A stretch of 17,055 nt of DNA from Candidatus Nanohalobium sp. Its GTDB lineage: Archaea > Nanohalarchaeota > Nanosalinia > Nanosalinales > Nanosalinaceae. The first letter of the stretch is position 1. Each line of letters starts with the position of its first letter. The position numbers and the translations under genes are program-made. The stretch spans positions 1 through 17,055 of the forward strand of contig JBDGSL010000076.1 of the NCBI GenBank assembly GCA_042217555.1, given 5' to 3'. This document shows, in pieces, positions 1 through 6,497 of the stretch. Under the pieces are notes generated by a model. That model was not told the origin of the DNA. It saw only the letters and a program-made list of their open reading frames with translations, and searched no databases.

Positions 1-156
1 TGCGGCCGCCGGGATTTGAACCCGGGTCTACGCCTCGAGAGGGCGTGATGACTTGCCGCATGCAGACCAAGCCTCAGCAGAAGAGTTGGCTCCTGTGGAG
101 CCATCCATTGCGTTAGCGTAGCGTAACACGCTTTGGCCAGACTACACTACGGCCGC
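1..156 (-). tRNA. tRNA-Glu (anticodon CTC) interrupted by a D-loop intron; exon 1 = 156..133, exon 2 = 51..1
   Basis: The joined exons read GCGGCCG TA GTGT AGTCTGGCCAA|TCAT C ACGCC CT-CTC-GA GGCGT AGAC CCGGG TTCAAAT CCCGG CGGCCGC A (75 nt). This gives a 7-bp acceptor stem, 5-bp anticodon stem, 5-bp T stem and an archaeal Glu-type D arm. The discriminator A is at window base 1, so any encoded CCA would lie outside the window. Confidence 0.95.
52..132 (-). other. 81-nt tRNA intron at non-canonical position 21/22 with a relaxed bulge-helix-bulge motif
   Basis: Central helix GGCC(138-135)/GGCA(57-54) has 3 bp plus a G.A pair. The 5' bulge is AA^A (134-132), the intron helix is GCGUG(131-127)/CAUGC(62-58), and the 3' bulge is AG^U (53-51). 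Cutting after the second base of each bulge regenerates a canonical cloverleaf exactly. Confidence 0.88.
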
Positions 157-184
157 CTGACAGGATGAGAATGGAAAGACAAGA

Positions 185-193
185 TTTAATTAA
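185..193 (-). promoter_or_regulatory. Probable TATA box of the tRNA-Glu gene
   Basis: TTAATTAAA on the minus strand, about 30-37 nt upstream of the mature tRNA 5' end (156). Confidence 0.55.
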
Positions 194-260
194 GGGGTTG
201 TCTAAGTCAGTGAGTGGGACGGTTTTTCCACGGTAGTATGTGAACTCTTTGATCTGTAAC

Positions 261-467
261 TCATGGTAAGTAGTCCTGAAGCTTGTCCTGGTGTTCGTAG
301 AGCTTCCATGTAATGAAATAGCAAACCGTGATGACAAACGACACGTTTATCGCAGAGTAGTTGAGGTATTTCTGGGCGGCAAGCGGGGCCAGCATCCAGA
401 ACAGCAGTACGGTCAGGATCAGGGCCGACTTGGAAGGTTTTTCCTGGATGTTATCGAGCAGGCTCAT
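261..467 (-). CDS. Small hypothetical membrane protein (68 aa, two predicted TM helices)
   Basis: Its ATG overlaps the ksgA stop (ATGA coupling). It has two hydrophobic stretches (ALILTVLLFWMLAPLAA; AINVSFVITVCYFITW) with charged termini. Confidence 0.7.
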   Translation of the reverse strand: MSLLDNIQEKPSKSALILTVLLFWMLAPLAAQKYLNYSAINVSFVITVCYFITWKLYEHQDKLQDYLP

Positions 468-1255
468 GTTTTTTCCTCGAGGAACTGTGCTGTTTCGGAG
501 AGTTGTTTGATGTCCAGGTTTATGACGCGTTGTTCTGAGTGTGGTAGTTTGTCTCTGATTTCTTTGGCGTTTTCTTTTTCAAAGTTGAGTATGTGGCGGG
601 TGTCGACGAATGCGTTCCGGAGTTTTTTTCTTTTGTGTGTAAACAGTGCTTTAACCAGTTCAAAGAATGCTTCTTCGTCTTCAATGTTGTGCCGGTTTTT
701 GTTGGGGTAGAGTTTGATTATGGCTGCGTCTACCTCCGGTTGCGGGTGGAAGTTGCTTGAGTTTAGGGTTCTGAGTTTGACAGGGATGAAGTAGTACTGT
801 GTCTTGACTGATAAGAAGCCGTACTGTTTGTCTCCCGGGTCTGCCACTATTTTGTCGGCGAGTTCATCCTGTACGATTAAGGCGGACTGTACTTGGGCCT
901 CTCCCAGTTTTTCAAGTATCTGTGAGGATATCTGGAAGGGGATGTTGGAGACACATTTCTCAAATTCTTCGACTTTCTCCATTTCCAGGAAGTCCTGTAC
1001 CTTGGTGTCTACCGGGTAGTTTCTTTCTATGTGTTCGGCCAGGTTCCTGTTCTTCTCCACTGCTACTATGTCATCGGTTTTCTCTGCCAGTTGCCGGGTT
1101 ATCATTCCGATTCCAGGCCCTATCTCCAGTGTTTTCTCTCCTTCATCTATTTCACCGGCTTCTACCAGTGCCTTTGCTGTCTGTTCGTGCTTCAGAAAGT
1201 TCTGGCCCTTTCCCGGCTTTACACCGATTTCCTCAAGTTTTTTCTGTACATCCAT
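464..1255 (-). CDS. rsmA: 16S rRNA m6,2A dimethyltransferase KsgA/Dim1
   Basis: Motifs GQNFL, SAM-binding LEIGPGIG, SNIPFQISS and F-x-PQPEVDAAII; conserved position downstream of DUF655. Confidence 0.96.
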   Translation of the reverse strand: MDVQKKLEEIGVKPGKGQNFLKHEQTAKALVEAGEIDEGEKTLEIGPGIGMITRQLAEKTDDIVAVEKNRNLAEHIERNYPVDTKVQDFLEMEKVEEFEKCVSNIPFQISSQILEKLGEAQVQSALIVQDELADKIVADPGDKQYGFLSVKTQYYFIPVKLRTLNSSNFHPQPEVDAAIIKLYPNKNRHNIEDEEAFFELVKALFTHKRKKLRNAFVDTRHILNFEKENAKEIRDKLPHSEQRVINLDIKQLSETAQFLEEKT

Positions 1256-1264
1256 AGAAGTATA

Positions 1265-1798
1265 TCAGGTGAAAAGCCTCTGTTTTGCCTCTCCTTTCAG
1301 TTCCTCAAGTATACGTTCTCTTATGGCTTTATGTGGATCTGTGATTGACGGAACTCTTTCCTTGACGTCGTCCAGGCTTTCGAAGTCGCCTTTTTCTCTT
1401 TCATCTATCAGTTTCTGCATGTGCTTGCTTCCTATGCCTGGTAGAAGCTCGAAGGCGTGTCTGCGCGGTGTTACCGGTGTGGCCTCGTTGAAGAACTCGA
1501 CGAAGTCTTCCTCGTTTTCATCTATCAGTGCGTCTAAAACGTATTTTATCTCTGACTTTGCGCTTCCTGTCAGGTCGTCGTAGTCTATCCTCTGCTTTAT
1601 GAACTCTACTTTCTCTCTGTCTCCGCTTCCGATATATACTTCTTCACCGCCTTTAGGCCTGACTTCTTCACGCATAACTACTTCTAGCAACGTGTAATTA
1701 TCGGTTCCTATTACCTGTGCAACCCTTTTGTCCCTGTCGTCGCTTCTGCCGTGCTCCAGGAAGTCAAGGACTTTCGCGTATTCGTCTTTATCAACCAT
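1265..1798 (-). CDS. DUF655 family predicted RNA-binding protein (HhH-containing)
   Basis: EYAKVLDFL-x-x-G, AQVIG-x-x-x-YTLLE, FVEFFNEA-x-PVTPRRH-x-x-ELLPGIG; conserved rpoF-DUF655-ksgA synteny. Confidence 0.93.
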   Translation of the reverse strand: MVDKDEYAKVLDFLEHGRSDDRDKRVAQVIGTDNYTLLEVVMREEVRPKGGEEVYIGSGDREKVEFIKQRIDYDDLTGSAKSEIKYVLDALIDENEEDFVEFFNEATPVTPRRHAFELLPGIGSKHMQKLIDEREKGDFESLDDVKERVPSITDPHKAIRERILEELKGEAKQRLFT

Positions 1799-1806
1799 TT
1801 GTAAAA

Positions 1807-1891
1807 ACCACCTTTTCTTGAACAGATCCGGCTTTCCCCCTCCATTTTTTGGAAAGAAGGGGAAATGAGAATCTTGAAAAGGTAATGCCGG
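1807..1891 (-). promoter_or_regulatory. Structured rpoF-DUF655 intergenic RNA element whose outer stem covers the DUF655 SD
   Basis: Outer stem AUUACCUUUUC(1886-1876)/GAAAAGGUGGU(1817-1807), 11 bp. Inner stem UUUCCCCUUCU(1865-1855)/GGAGGGGGAAA(1843-1833), 11 bp. Both include G-U pairs. Confidence 0.55.
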
Positions 1892-1899
1892 TTAAGGAG

Positions 1900-1906
1900 T
1901 TATAAA
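1900..1906 (-). promoter_or_regulatory. Candidate internal TATA box for DUF655-ksgA
   Basis: TTTATAA on the minus strand, preceded by purine-rich CGGAAGG, just after the rpoF stop. Confidence 0.55.
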
Positions 1907-1915
1907 CCTTCCGAG

Positions 1916-2251
1916 TCAGTCCTCGGTCTCTATACTCTGACAGATTTCAAGTATCCTGTCAACTTCACCGTCTTCAAGCTTTACTCTCTCCTTTTCGAAG
2001 ACGGCTCTAACCGTTGACTCAAACTCGGGAACTACTTCCAGCAGCTTGTAGATATGCCTGTCTTTCAGGGAATCTACCTCGGAAAGCTCGCTGTGAAGCT
2101 CTTCCAGTGTTTCAAGATCCTTTACCTTGGTATGGCGTGAAAGGTTCTCCAGCGCTATCTTCTGTTCGTGTGAAAGCGTCTCTTCTTCTCTTTCCTCGAG
2201 AATCTGCAGTGCTTCAACCGGGTAAGCCAGTTCTTCGTCCACTACTTCCAT
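1916..2251 (-). CDS. rpoF: DNA-directed RNA polymerase subunit F (Rpo4), 111 aa
   Basis: Start reassigned to ATG 2251 (MEVVDEELAYPVEALQILEER, LSHEQKIALENL, KLLEVVP...VRAVF) with SD-like GAGGG upstream; the longer ORF overlaps rpl21e. Syntenic with rpl21e and DUF655. Confidence 0.88.
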   Translation of the reverse strand: MEVVDEELAYPVEALQILEEREEETLSHEQKIALENLSRHTKVKDLETLEELHSELSEVDSLKDRHIYKLLEVVPEFESTVRAVFEKERVKLEDGEVDRILEICQSIETED

Positions 2252-2264
2252 TTTTAGACCCTCT

Positions 2265-2555
2265 CTAGGCCTCTGTCTTTTGAAGGTGGACAGGCGGTAT
2301 GAACAGGGTTTTCTCAACGTTTCCATCCTTGAACTCTACCTTGTAGCTGTCACCCTGTTTCCCGGTGACTTCCACGGTCTTGCCGTGGAAACGTGTGTGA
2401 GGCCGTCCTTCCTGAACAGATGGATCAATCTTGATAAGTACTTTTTCCCCTTCATCAAACTCTTTCAAGTATTCGTTTACCGTTGTCTTGTCACGTGGAC
2501 CGGAGGAAAGCTTTTTTCTTGCTCCCTGCTGTGGGCCCTGACTCTTCTGTGCCAT
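2265..2555 (-). CDS. rpl21e: 50S ribosomal protein L21e (eL21)
   Basis: S-x-G-x-x-x-G-x-R-x-KL, F-x-x-GEKV-x-IKIDPSVQEGRPH-x-RFHGKT, K-x-LFI-x-PVHL; SD GAGGTG. Confidence 0.97.
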   Translation of the reverse strand: MAQKSQGPQQGARKKLSSGPRDKTTVNEYLKEFDEGEKVLIKIDPSVQEGRPHTRFHGKTVEVTGKQGDSYKVEFKDGNVEKTLFIPPVHLQKTEA

Positions 2556-2557
2556 TA

Positions 2558-2578
2558 GAAAACCACCTCGTGGTTTTC
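2558..2578 (-). promoter_or_regulatory. Perfect 9-bp hairpin overlapping the rpl21e SD
   Basis: mRNA GAAAACCAC-GAG-GUGGUUUUC, ending 2 nt before the AUG; the SD GAGGUG spans the loop and 3' arm. Confidence 0.6.
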
Positions 2579-2650
2579 GGCTTGTGCAGAAATTCTTCGA
2601 ATTTCAATCATTTTATTATAACCTCTATAACCAGTATCAACCAGCAAATC

Positions 2651-2658
2651 TTTTTAAA
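2651..2658 (-). promoter_or_regulatory. Candidate TATA box for the rpl21e operon
   Basis: TTTAAAAA on the minus strand, about 100 nt upstream of the rpl21e start, implying a leadered transcript. Confidence 0.45.
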
Positions 2659-2665
2659 CCAGTTA

Positions 2666-2853
2666 CTAGTTCAGATACTCATTAACTTCTCTGCGGAAAA
2701 CCTCGAAGTCTTCCAACCCTTTCCAGAGAAGAATCGATTAGATTTAGTTTCTCTCTTATCCTGTCCGCGGTCTGTTGTTCCATTGTTAGCCTCCTATCGC
2801 TGTCTGGTAGAGTGGTTCAAAAAAACTTCTTGTAGGATTTTCTCTCTTTCCAT
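2666..2853 (-). pseudogene. Possible decayed or frameshifted small gene, or a pair of small ORFs (2853..2794, 19 aa; 2783..2682, 33 aa)
   Basis: ATG 2853 lies about 30 nt downstream of TTTTTTAT, and ATG 2783 has AGGAGG 6 nt upstream. Protein-like segments occur in different frames (MEREKILQEVF; MEQQTADRIREKLNLIDSSLER; LEDFEVFRREVNEYLN*). Confidence 0.35.
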
Positions 2854-2884
2854 ATCAAAGCATGAGTTCTGAGAGATAAAAAAC

Positions 2885-4177
2885 CTATTTCTCGATCCAG
2901 GTAACGTCCAGTTGGACGCATTTTGCCTGGGTTCCTATCAGTTCGGAGATGTTGGGCTGGGTTCTTCCGTCGTCGCCGTGGATCAGTTCTTTGATGTATG
3001 TCCCTGCTTCGGCCTTCACAGTTAACTCGAACTCTTTGTCGCCGGTTTTCTCCCAGTCTGCTTCGTAGACTTCTCTGTTCCTGGTTTTCTCGGCTCTCCT
3101 GTGTTCGACTCTTTCCGGAGTCTCCTGTTCTACTTCTCCTACGACCTCAGAAATATTTTCCAGGTCTTCCTCTGATATCTCATCTTCTGTTTCGACTACT
3201 GCCTTGTATTCTTTGTCGGCGTGCTTCTGTTTTATGTCTGCGGCCTTGTCCTTGTGTGTGAACTTCACGTTGAAGATTTCGATTTTATCCGTGGATTCGT
3301 TTACCTCTTTCTGAAGTTTTTCCAGGTCCAGATCGCGGTTTAGTGGTTCTATAAGTTCAAGTACGAACTCTCTTTTTCCCAGACATCGAGCATTAACGTC
3401 TTCTCTGCCTCCGCCGTGGAATTTGGCTTCGACGGCTTTGGATTCTCTCATGAATGGTTTCTGAATCTCTTCCTGGACTGATGTTGGGTACTGTTTGCCG
3501 GTCCAGTCACATTCCTCGCATCCAGAACCTCGGCAGTTTCTGCAGTGCCACTCGGTCTGAGGTATTTCTCTGGAGTATTTGTTGTACTGGCCGTAGATCA
3601 GCAGTGAGTTGACCTGTAGTTCGACTCGTTCTTTTCCTTCTCTCATGTCGACTACTGCCATTATGTCGGCTCTTTCGAAGTCGACTTCTATGTCGAGTCT
3701 TTCCTCCATCTTTTTGCCAAGCAGCCGTGAGAGTTCTGTCTTCAGTGGTTCTGTCCATTCCACTCCGTATTCTTCCCAGAGTTCTTCTTCGGCCCTGACT
3801 GATTCTTCCCGTGGCCTGATACCGATCAGGAAGGTGTCAAGCTCGTATCTTTCAAAGCTGTTCTCCACCATGTCTGCCCAGCGATCCAGTTCGTCGAATA
3901 CTCCCTGACATATCTCACAGTCCACGCACTGGCTCTCCAAGTCGTTGCTTTCAAGCATATTCTCGTTAGAATATGCGTTTCCGCCGATCTCCGCATCTTC
4001 AGGAATGTTTTCCTTGACGAAAGAGTCTTCGTCAAGTTCATCCGTGTTTCTGATTATCTGTCCTCTTTCATAGTTTTCGAGTCCGTGGCCGAGTTGGGCG
4101 AACTGCCGGCCGAGGCAGTGATCACATAGTTCTCTGTTTTCAAGGAGTTGGCCGGCTTTTTCCTGAACTGTTAGCAT
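2885..4177 (-). CDS. pus10: tRNA pseudouridine(54/55) synthase Pus10
   Basis: N-terminal LCDHCLGRQF and C-x-x-C Zn ligands; G-x-YNK-x-x-REIPQT-x-W-x-C-x-x-C-x-G-x-GC-x-x-C; catalytic FHGGGREDV; Q-x-TP-x-RV-x-HRRA; GTYIKELIHGD-x-GRT-x-P. TATA-like TTAAAAA at 4207-4201 suggests a leaderless transcript. Confidence 0.97.
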   Translation of the reverse strand: MLTVQEKAGQLLENRELCDHCLGRQFAQLGHGLENYERGQIIRNTDELDEDSFVKENIPEDAEIGGNAYSNENMLESNDLESQCVDCEICQGVFDELDRWADMVENSFERYELDTFLIGIRPREESVRAEEELWEEYGVEWTEPLKTELSRLLGKKMEERLDIEVDFERADIMAVVDMREGKERVELQVNSLLIYGQYNKYSREIPQTEWHCRNCRGSGCEECDWTGKQYPTSVQEEIQKPFMRESKAVEAKFHGGGREDVNARCLGKREFVLELIEPLNRDLDLEKLQKEVNESTDKIEIFNVKFTHKDKAADIKQKHADKEYKAVVETEDEISEEDLENISEVVGEVEQETPERVEHRRAEKTRNREVYEADWEKTGDKEFELTVKAEAGTYIKELIHGDDGRTQPNISELIGTQAKCVQLDVTWIEK

Positions 4178-4215
4178 AGAGTTATCTTGAGGAAGTGAGA
4201 TTTTTAAGGCACGAG

Positions 4216-4752
4216 TTAGGGAGTGATGTTTTCTTCCTGTTTTACCTTGATCTGCCCGTCTTTTTTCTCCAGTAGTTTCACGTGAAGTTTTTCTTTCTCT
4301 GTGTTTATCTCCATCATGGTTGGACTTGATTCTCTGGCCGAGCCGCCGCCTACTCCTGTGCAGCTTCCCGGGTTGAGTATAACGCAGTTTTCGAGTACTG
4401 TTATTTCTTCCTGGTGGGTGTGACCTGTGATCAGGACATCTACCTCTAGATCTTCTGTGGCTATCTTCTGCAGTGTGTCGTGGTCGCCTCTGGGTGTGAT
4501 ACCGGTACCGTGGTAGACTCCGAACTCCGTTTCTTCTCTTTCAAATGTCCTGGAGTTGGGAAGGTCGAAGAAGTCGCAGTTGCCTTTTACCGCGACAAGG
4601 TCTCCGTACTCGTCTATGGAGTTGTATACTTCTCTTTCAGCGAAGTCACCTGCATGAACTGTCAGGTCTGCCTTTTTCATCTTTTCACGGAACTCTGCCG
4701 GTATCTTTTCCGCCCTGCTGGGAACATGTGAGTCAGAAACTACTGCGATCAT
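4216..4752 (-). CDS. Metallophosphoesterase, YfcE/MJ0936/Vps29 family
   Basis: Calcineurin-like motifs SDSH, HAGD, KGNCD, YHG, GHTH and NPGS. Confidence 0.93.
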   Translation of the reverse strand: MIAVVSDSHVPSRAEKIPAEFREKMKKADLTVHAGDFAEREVYNSIDEYGDLVAVKGNCDFFDLPNSRTFEREETEFGVYHGTGITPRGDHDTLQKIATEDLEVDVLITGHTHQEEITVLENCVILNPGSCTGVGGGSARESSPTMMEINTEKEKLHVKLLEKKDGQIKVKQEENITP

Positions 4753-4779
4753 ATACAGGTTTTTTGAAATGCGAGAAAC

Positions 4780-4787
4780 TTTAAATA
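4780..4787. promoter_or_regulatory. TATA box usable in both directions between the phosphoesterase and the + strand hypothetical gene
   Basis: TTTAAATA (+) with purine-rich GAGAAA upstream; the core TTTAAA is palindromic and lies about 30 nt from the phosphoesterase ATG (4752). Confidence 0.55.
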
Positions 4788-4833
4788 CTGGCCGAGATCA
4801 GTCTTGAACAAGAAAAAGGGAGAGGGGAGTGTT

Positions 4834-5158
4834 GTGAAGTGGTTGGATGTATATACACCGGAAGATCTACCGGAGATGTCTTATCGCCTTAATGGGCCTG
4901 ACCAAGGTACTTTCATCAACAGACTATACGCTGCCTGGGAAGTGGCAGAACCTTTCTGAACCGTTAAAAGTATCCAGCAAGACGCTTCACGCACAGCTCT
5001 CTGTTCTTGACAACGAAGTCACTGAGGAGTACTACAGGCTGGAGAAGGATCTAAGCCGGAAAGTAGGGAGAGGTAAACTGTATACAGAAGAAGACCTGGA
5101 TACAGCCCGGAAAAGAATCGAACAGGTAGAGTTCCAGAACTTCAAACACCGTATGTGA
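4834..5158 (+). CDS. Hypothetical protein, start uncertain; possibly split across a +1 frameshift (4834..4959 plus a second frame ending at 5158)
   Basis: The C-terminal part of the 4847..5158 ORF is acidic and helical like its neighbours. The SD-preceded GTG 4834 opens a different frame (MKWLDVYTPEDLPEM...EPF*). Confidence 0.5.
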
Positions 5159-5163
5159 TTTCT

Positions 5164-6453
5164 TCAGAATCCTAGTTTCTGCATCATGTTCTGCATGTTT
5201 CCTCTTTTCATCGATCCTTTGTCGAACTTGTCGACCATGTTTTTGGTCTGCCTGTAGTGTTTGATCAGTTCACGTACTTCTTCACGTGATGTGCCGGATC
5301 CCTGTGCTATCCTCTCGGTTCTGGACTTGTTGATGAGGGAGGGATCGTTTACTTCTTCTTCGGTCATGGAGTCCATTATGACGGTGTAGTTCCCGATTTT
5401 TTCCTGTGTCAGGTTGGATATGTTGTCAGGTATCTGGTCGGATGAGAACGGTAGCTGGCTCATAAGTTCGTCCATCATACCGGAGTCGGTAACGGACTCC
5501 ATCTGTTCCCTGAAGTCTTTCAAGGTGAATTCGCCTTCAAGTATCTCTTCCGGGTCTGTGTCAAGTTCTTCTATCTTTTCAAGCAGGCTTTCCAGGTCTG
5601 GCTGGCCTATCATGTCGGAGACAAAGTCGACAGGGTCGTATACTTCAAGGTCTCCCATTTCCTCTCCTGTACCTATGAACTTTACCGAGGCTCCGGAGTG
5701 TTCACATGCTACCAGTGCCCCTCCTCCTTTAGCCGATGAGTCCATCTTTGTGACGATGACACCGGATATGTCAACGGCCTCGTCGAAGTTTTCGGCCTGT
5801 TTTCTTGCGCTCTGACCGATGTCCGCCGGGATAACAAGGTATTTTTCGTCCGGTTGAAGGGTGTTCTCCACCTCTGATAGTTCCTGTTTAAGCTCGGAGT
5901 TAAGAGAGTTTCTTCCTGCGGAGTCAACTATCAGGACGTCCACGTCAAGCTCTTCCCTGCCTTTTTCAACTACTTTGACAGGGTCTTCGGCGTCTTTTTC
6001 TCCGTAGAACTCTGCGTCTACGTCATCTGCTATCTGTTTCAACTGTTCGTAGGCTGCTGGTCTGTCAGTGTCGGCGGCGATCACACCGACCTTCATACCT
6101 CTCTTCCTGTAGAAATCCGCCATTTTGCCTGTGGAAGTGGTTTTTCCTGCTCCGTACAGGCCCAGGAGGAGTATAGTCTGTGGTTCTATCTCTATCTCGG
6201 CTTCTTCTCCCAGCATCTCCTCCAGTTTGTTGTATACTACTTCAAGTACGTGTTCTTTCCTGGTTAAACCGTCTTTCTTTTCTCCCATTGCTTCCTCACG
6301 GATTTCGTCGGAGAGGTTTGAGACCAGGCTTACGTCTACGTCGGCCTTTATCAGGTCTCTCTGTATGTCTTTGACCAGTTGTTCTACGGCTTCTTCGTCT
6401 ACGCTTCGGTTTGAGGAGAACTTCTGGATGGAGTCCTTGATTTTGTCGAACAT
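5164..6453 (-). CDS. ffh: Signal recognition particle protein SRP54/Ffh
   Basis: N domain (DIQRDLIKADVDV), GTPase motifs GLYGAGKTT, DTDRPAA, DSAGR and TKMDSSAKGGGAL, IGTGE; M domain FTL-x-DF, IMDSMT...SR-x-x-RIA-x-GSG and a Met-rich tail. TTTAA about 29 nt upstream. Confidence 0.97.
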   Translation of the reverse strand: MFDKIKDSIQKFSSNRSVDEEAVEQLVKDIQRDLIKADVDVSLVSNLSDEIREEAMGEKKDGLTRKEHVLEVVYNKLEEMLGEEAEIEIEPQTILLLGLYGAGKTTSTGKMADFYRKRGMKVGVIAADTDRPAAYEQLKQIADDVDAEFYGEKDAEDPVKVVEKGREELDVDVLIVDSAGRNSLNSELKQELSEVENTLQPDEKYLVIPADIGQSARKQAENFDEAVDISGVIVTKMDSSAKGGGALVACEHSGASVKFIGTGEEMGDLEVYDPVDFVSDMIGQPDLESLLEKIEELDTDPEEILEGEFTLKDFREQMESVTDSGMMDELMSQLPFSSDQIPDNISNLTQEKIGNYTVIMDSMTEEEVNDPSLINKSRTERIAQGSGTSREEVRELIKHYRQTKNMVDKFDKGSMKRGNMQNMMQKLGF

Positions 6454-6497
6454 GTTTTCCTGTTGCGGGGTGAAGGATTAAATGCCTGGGCAAACTT

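Noticed and set aside
74..110. Calling the tRNA intron a box C/D guide RNA
   Set aside because: A CUGA is present, but the best box C candidate (UGGAUGG) is poor and no target can be verified from this window. It is kept only as a testable idea.
113..337. 74-aa minus-strand ORF
   Set aside because: It overlaps tRNA exon 1, the tRNA promoter and the 68-aa gene, and shows no protein-like features.
2252..2326. N-terminal extension of rpoF in the ORF track
   Set aside because: It overlaps rpl21e in another frame; ATG 2251 has an SD and gives a normal-sized Rpo4.
2483..2872. 129-aa plus-strand ORF across the pus10-rpl21e gap
   Set aside because: It runs antisense into rpl21e, its composition is unlike the acidic proteome, and it has no good start context.
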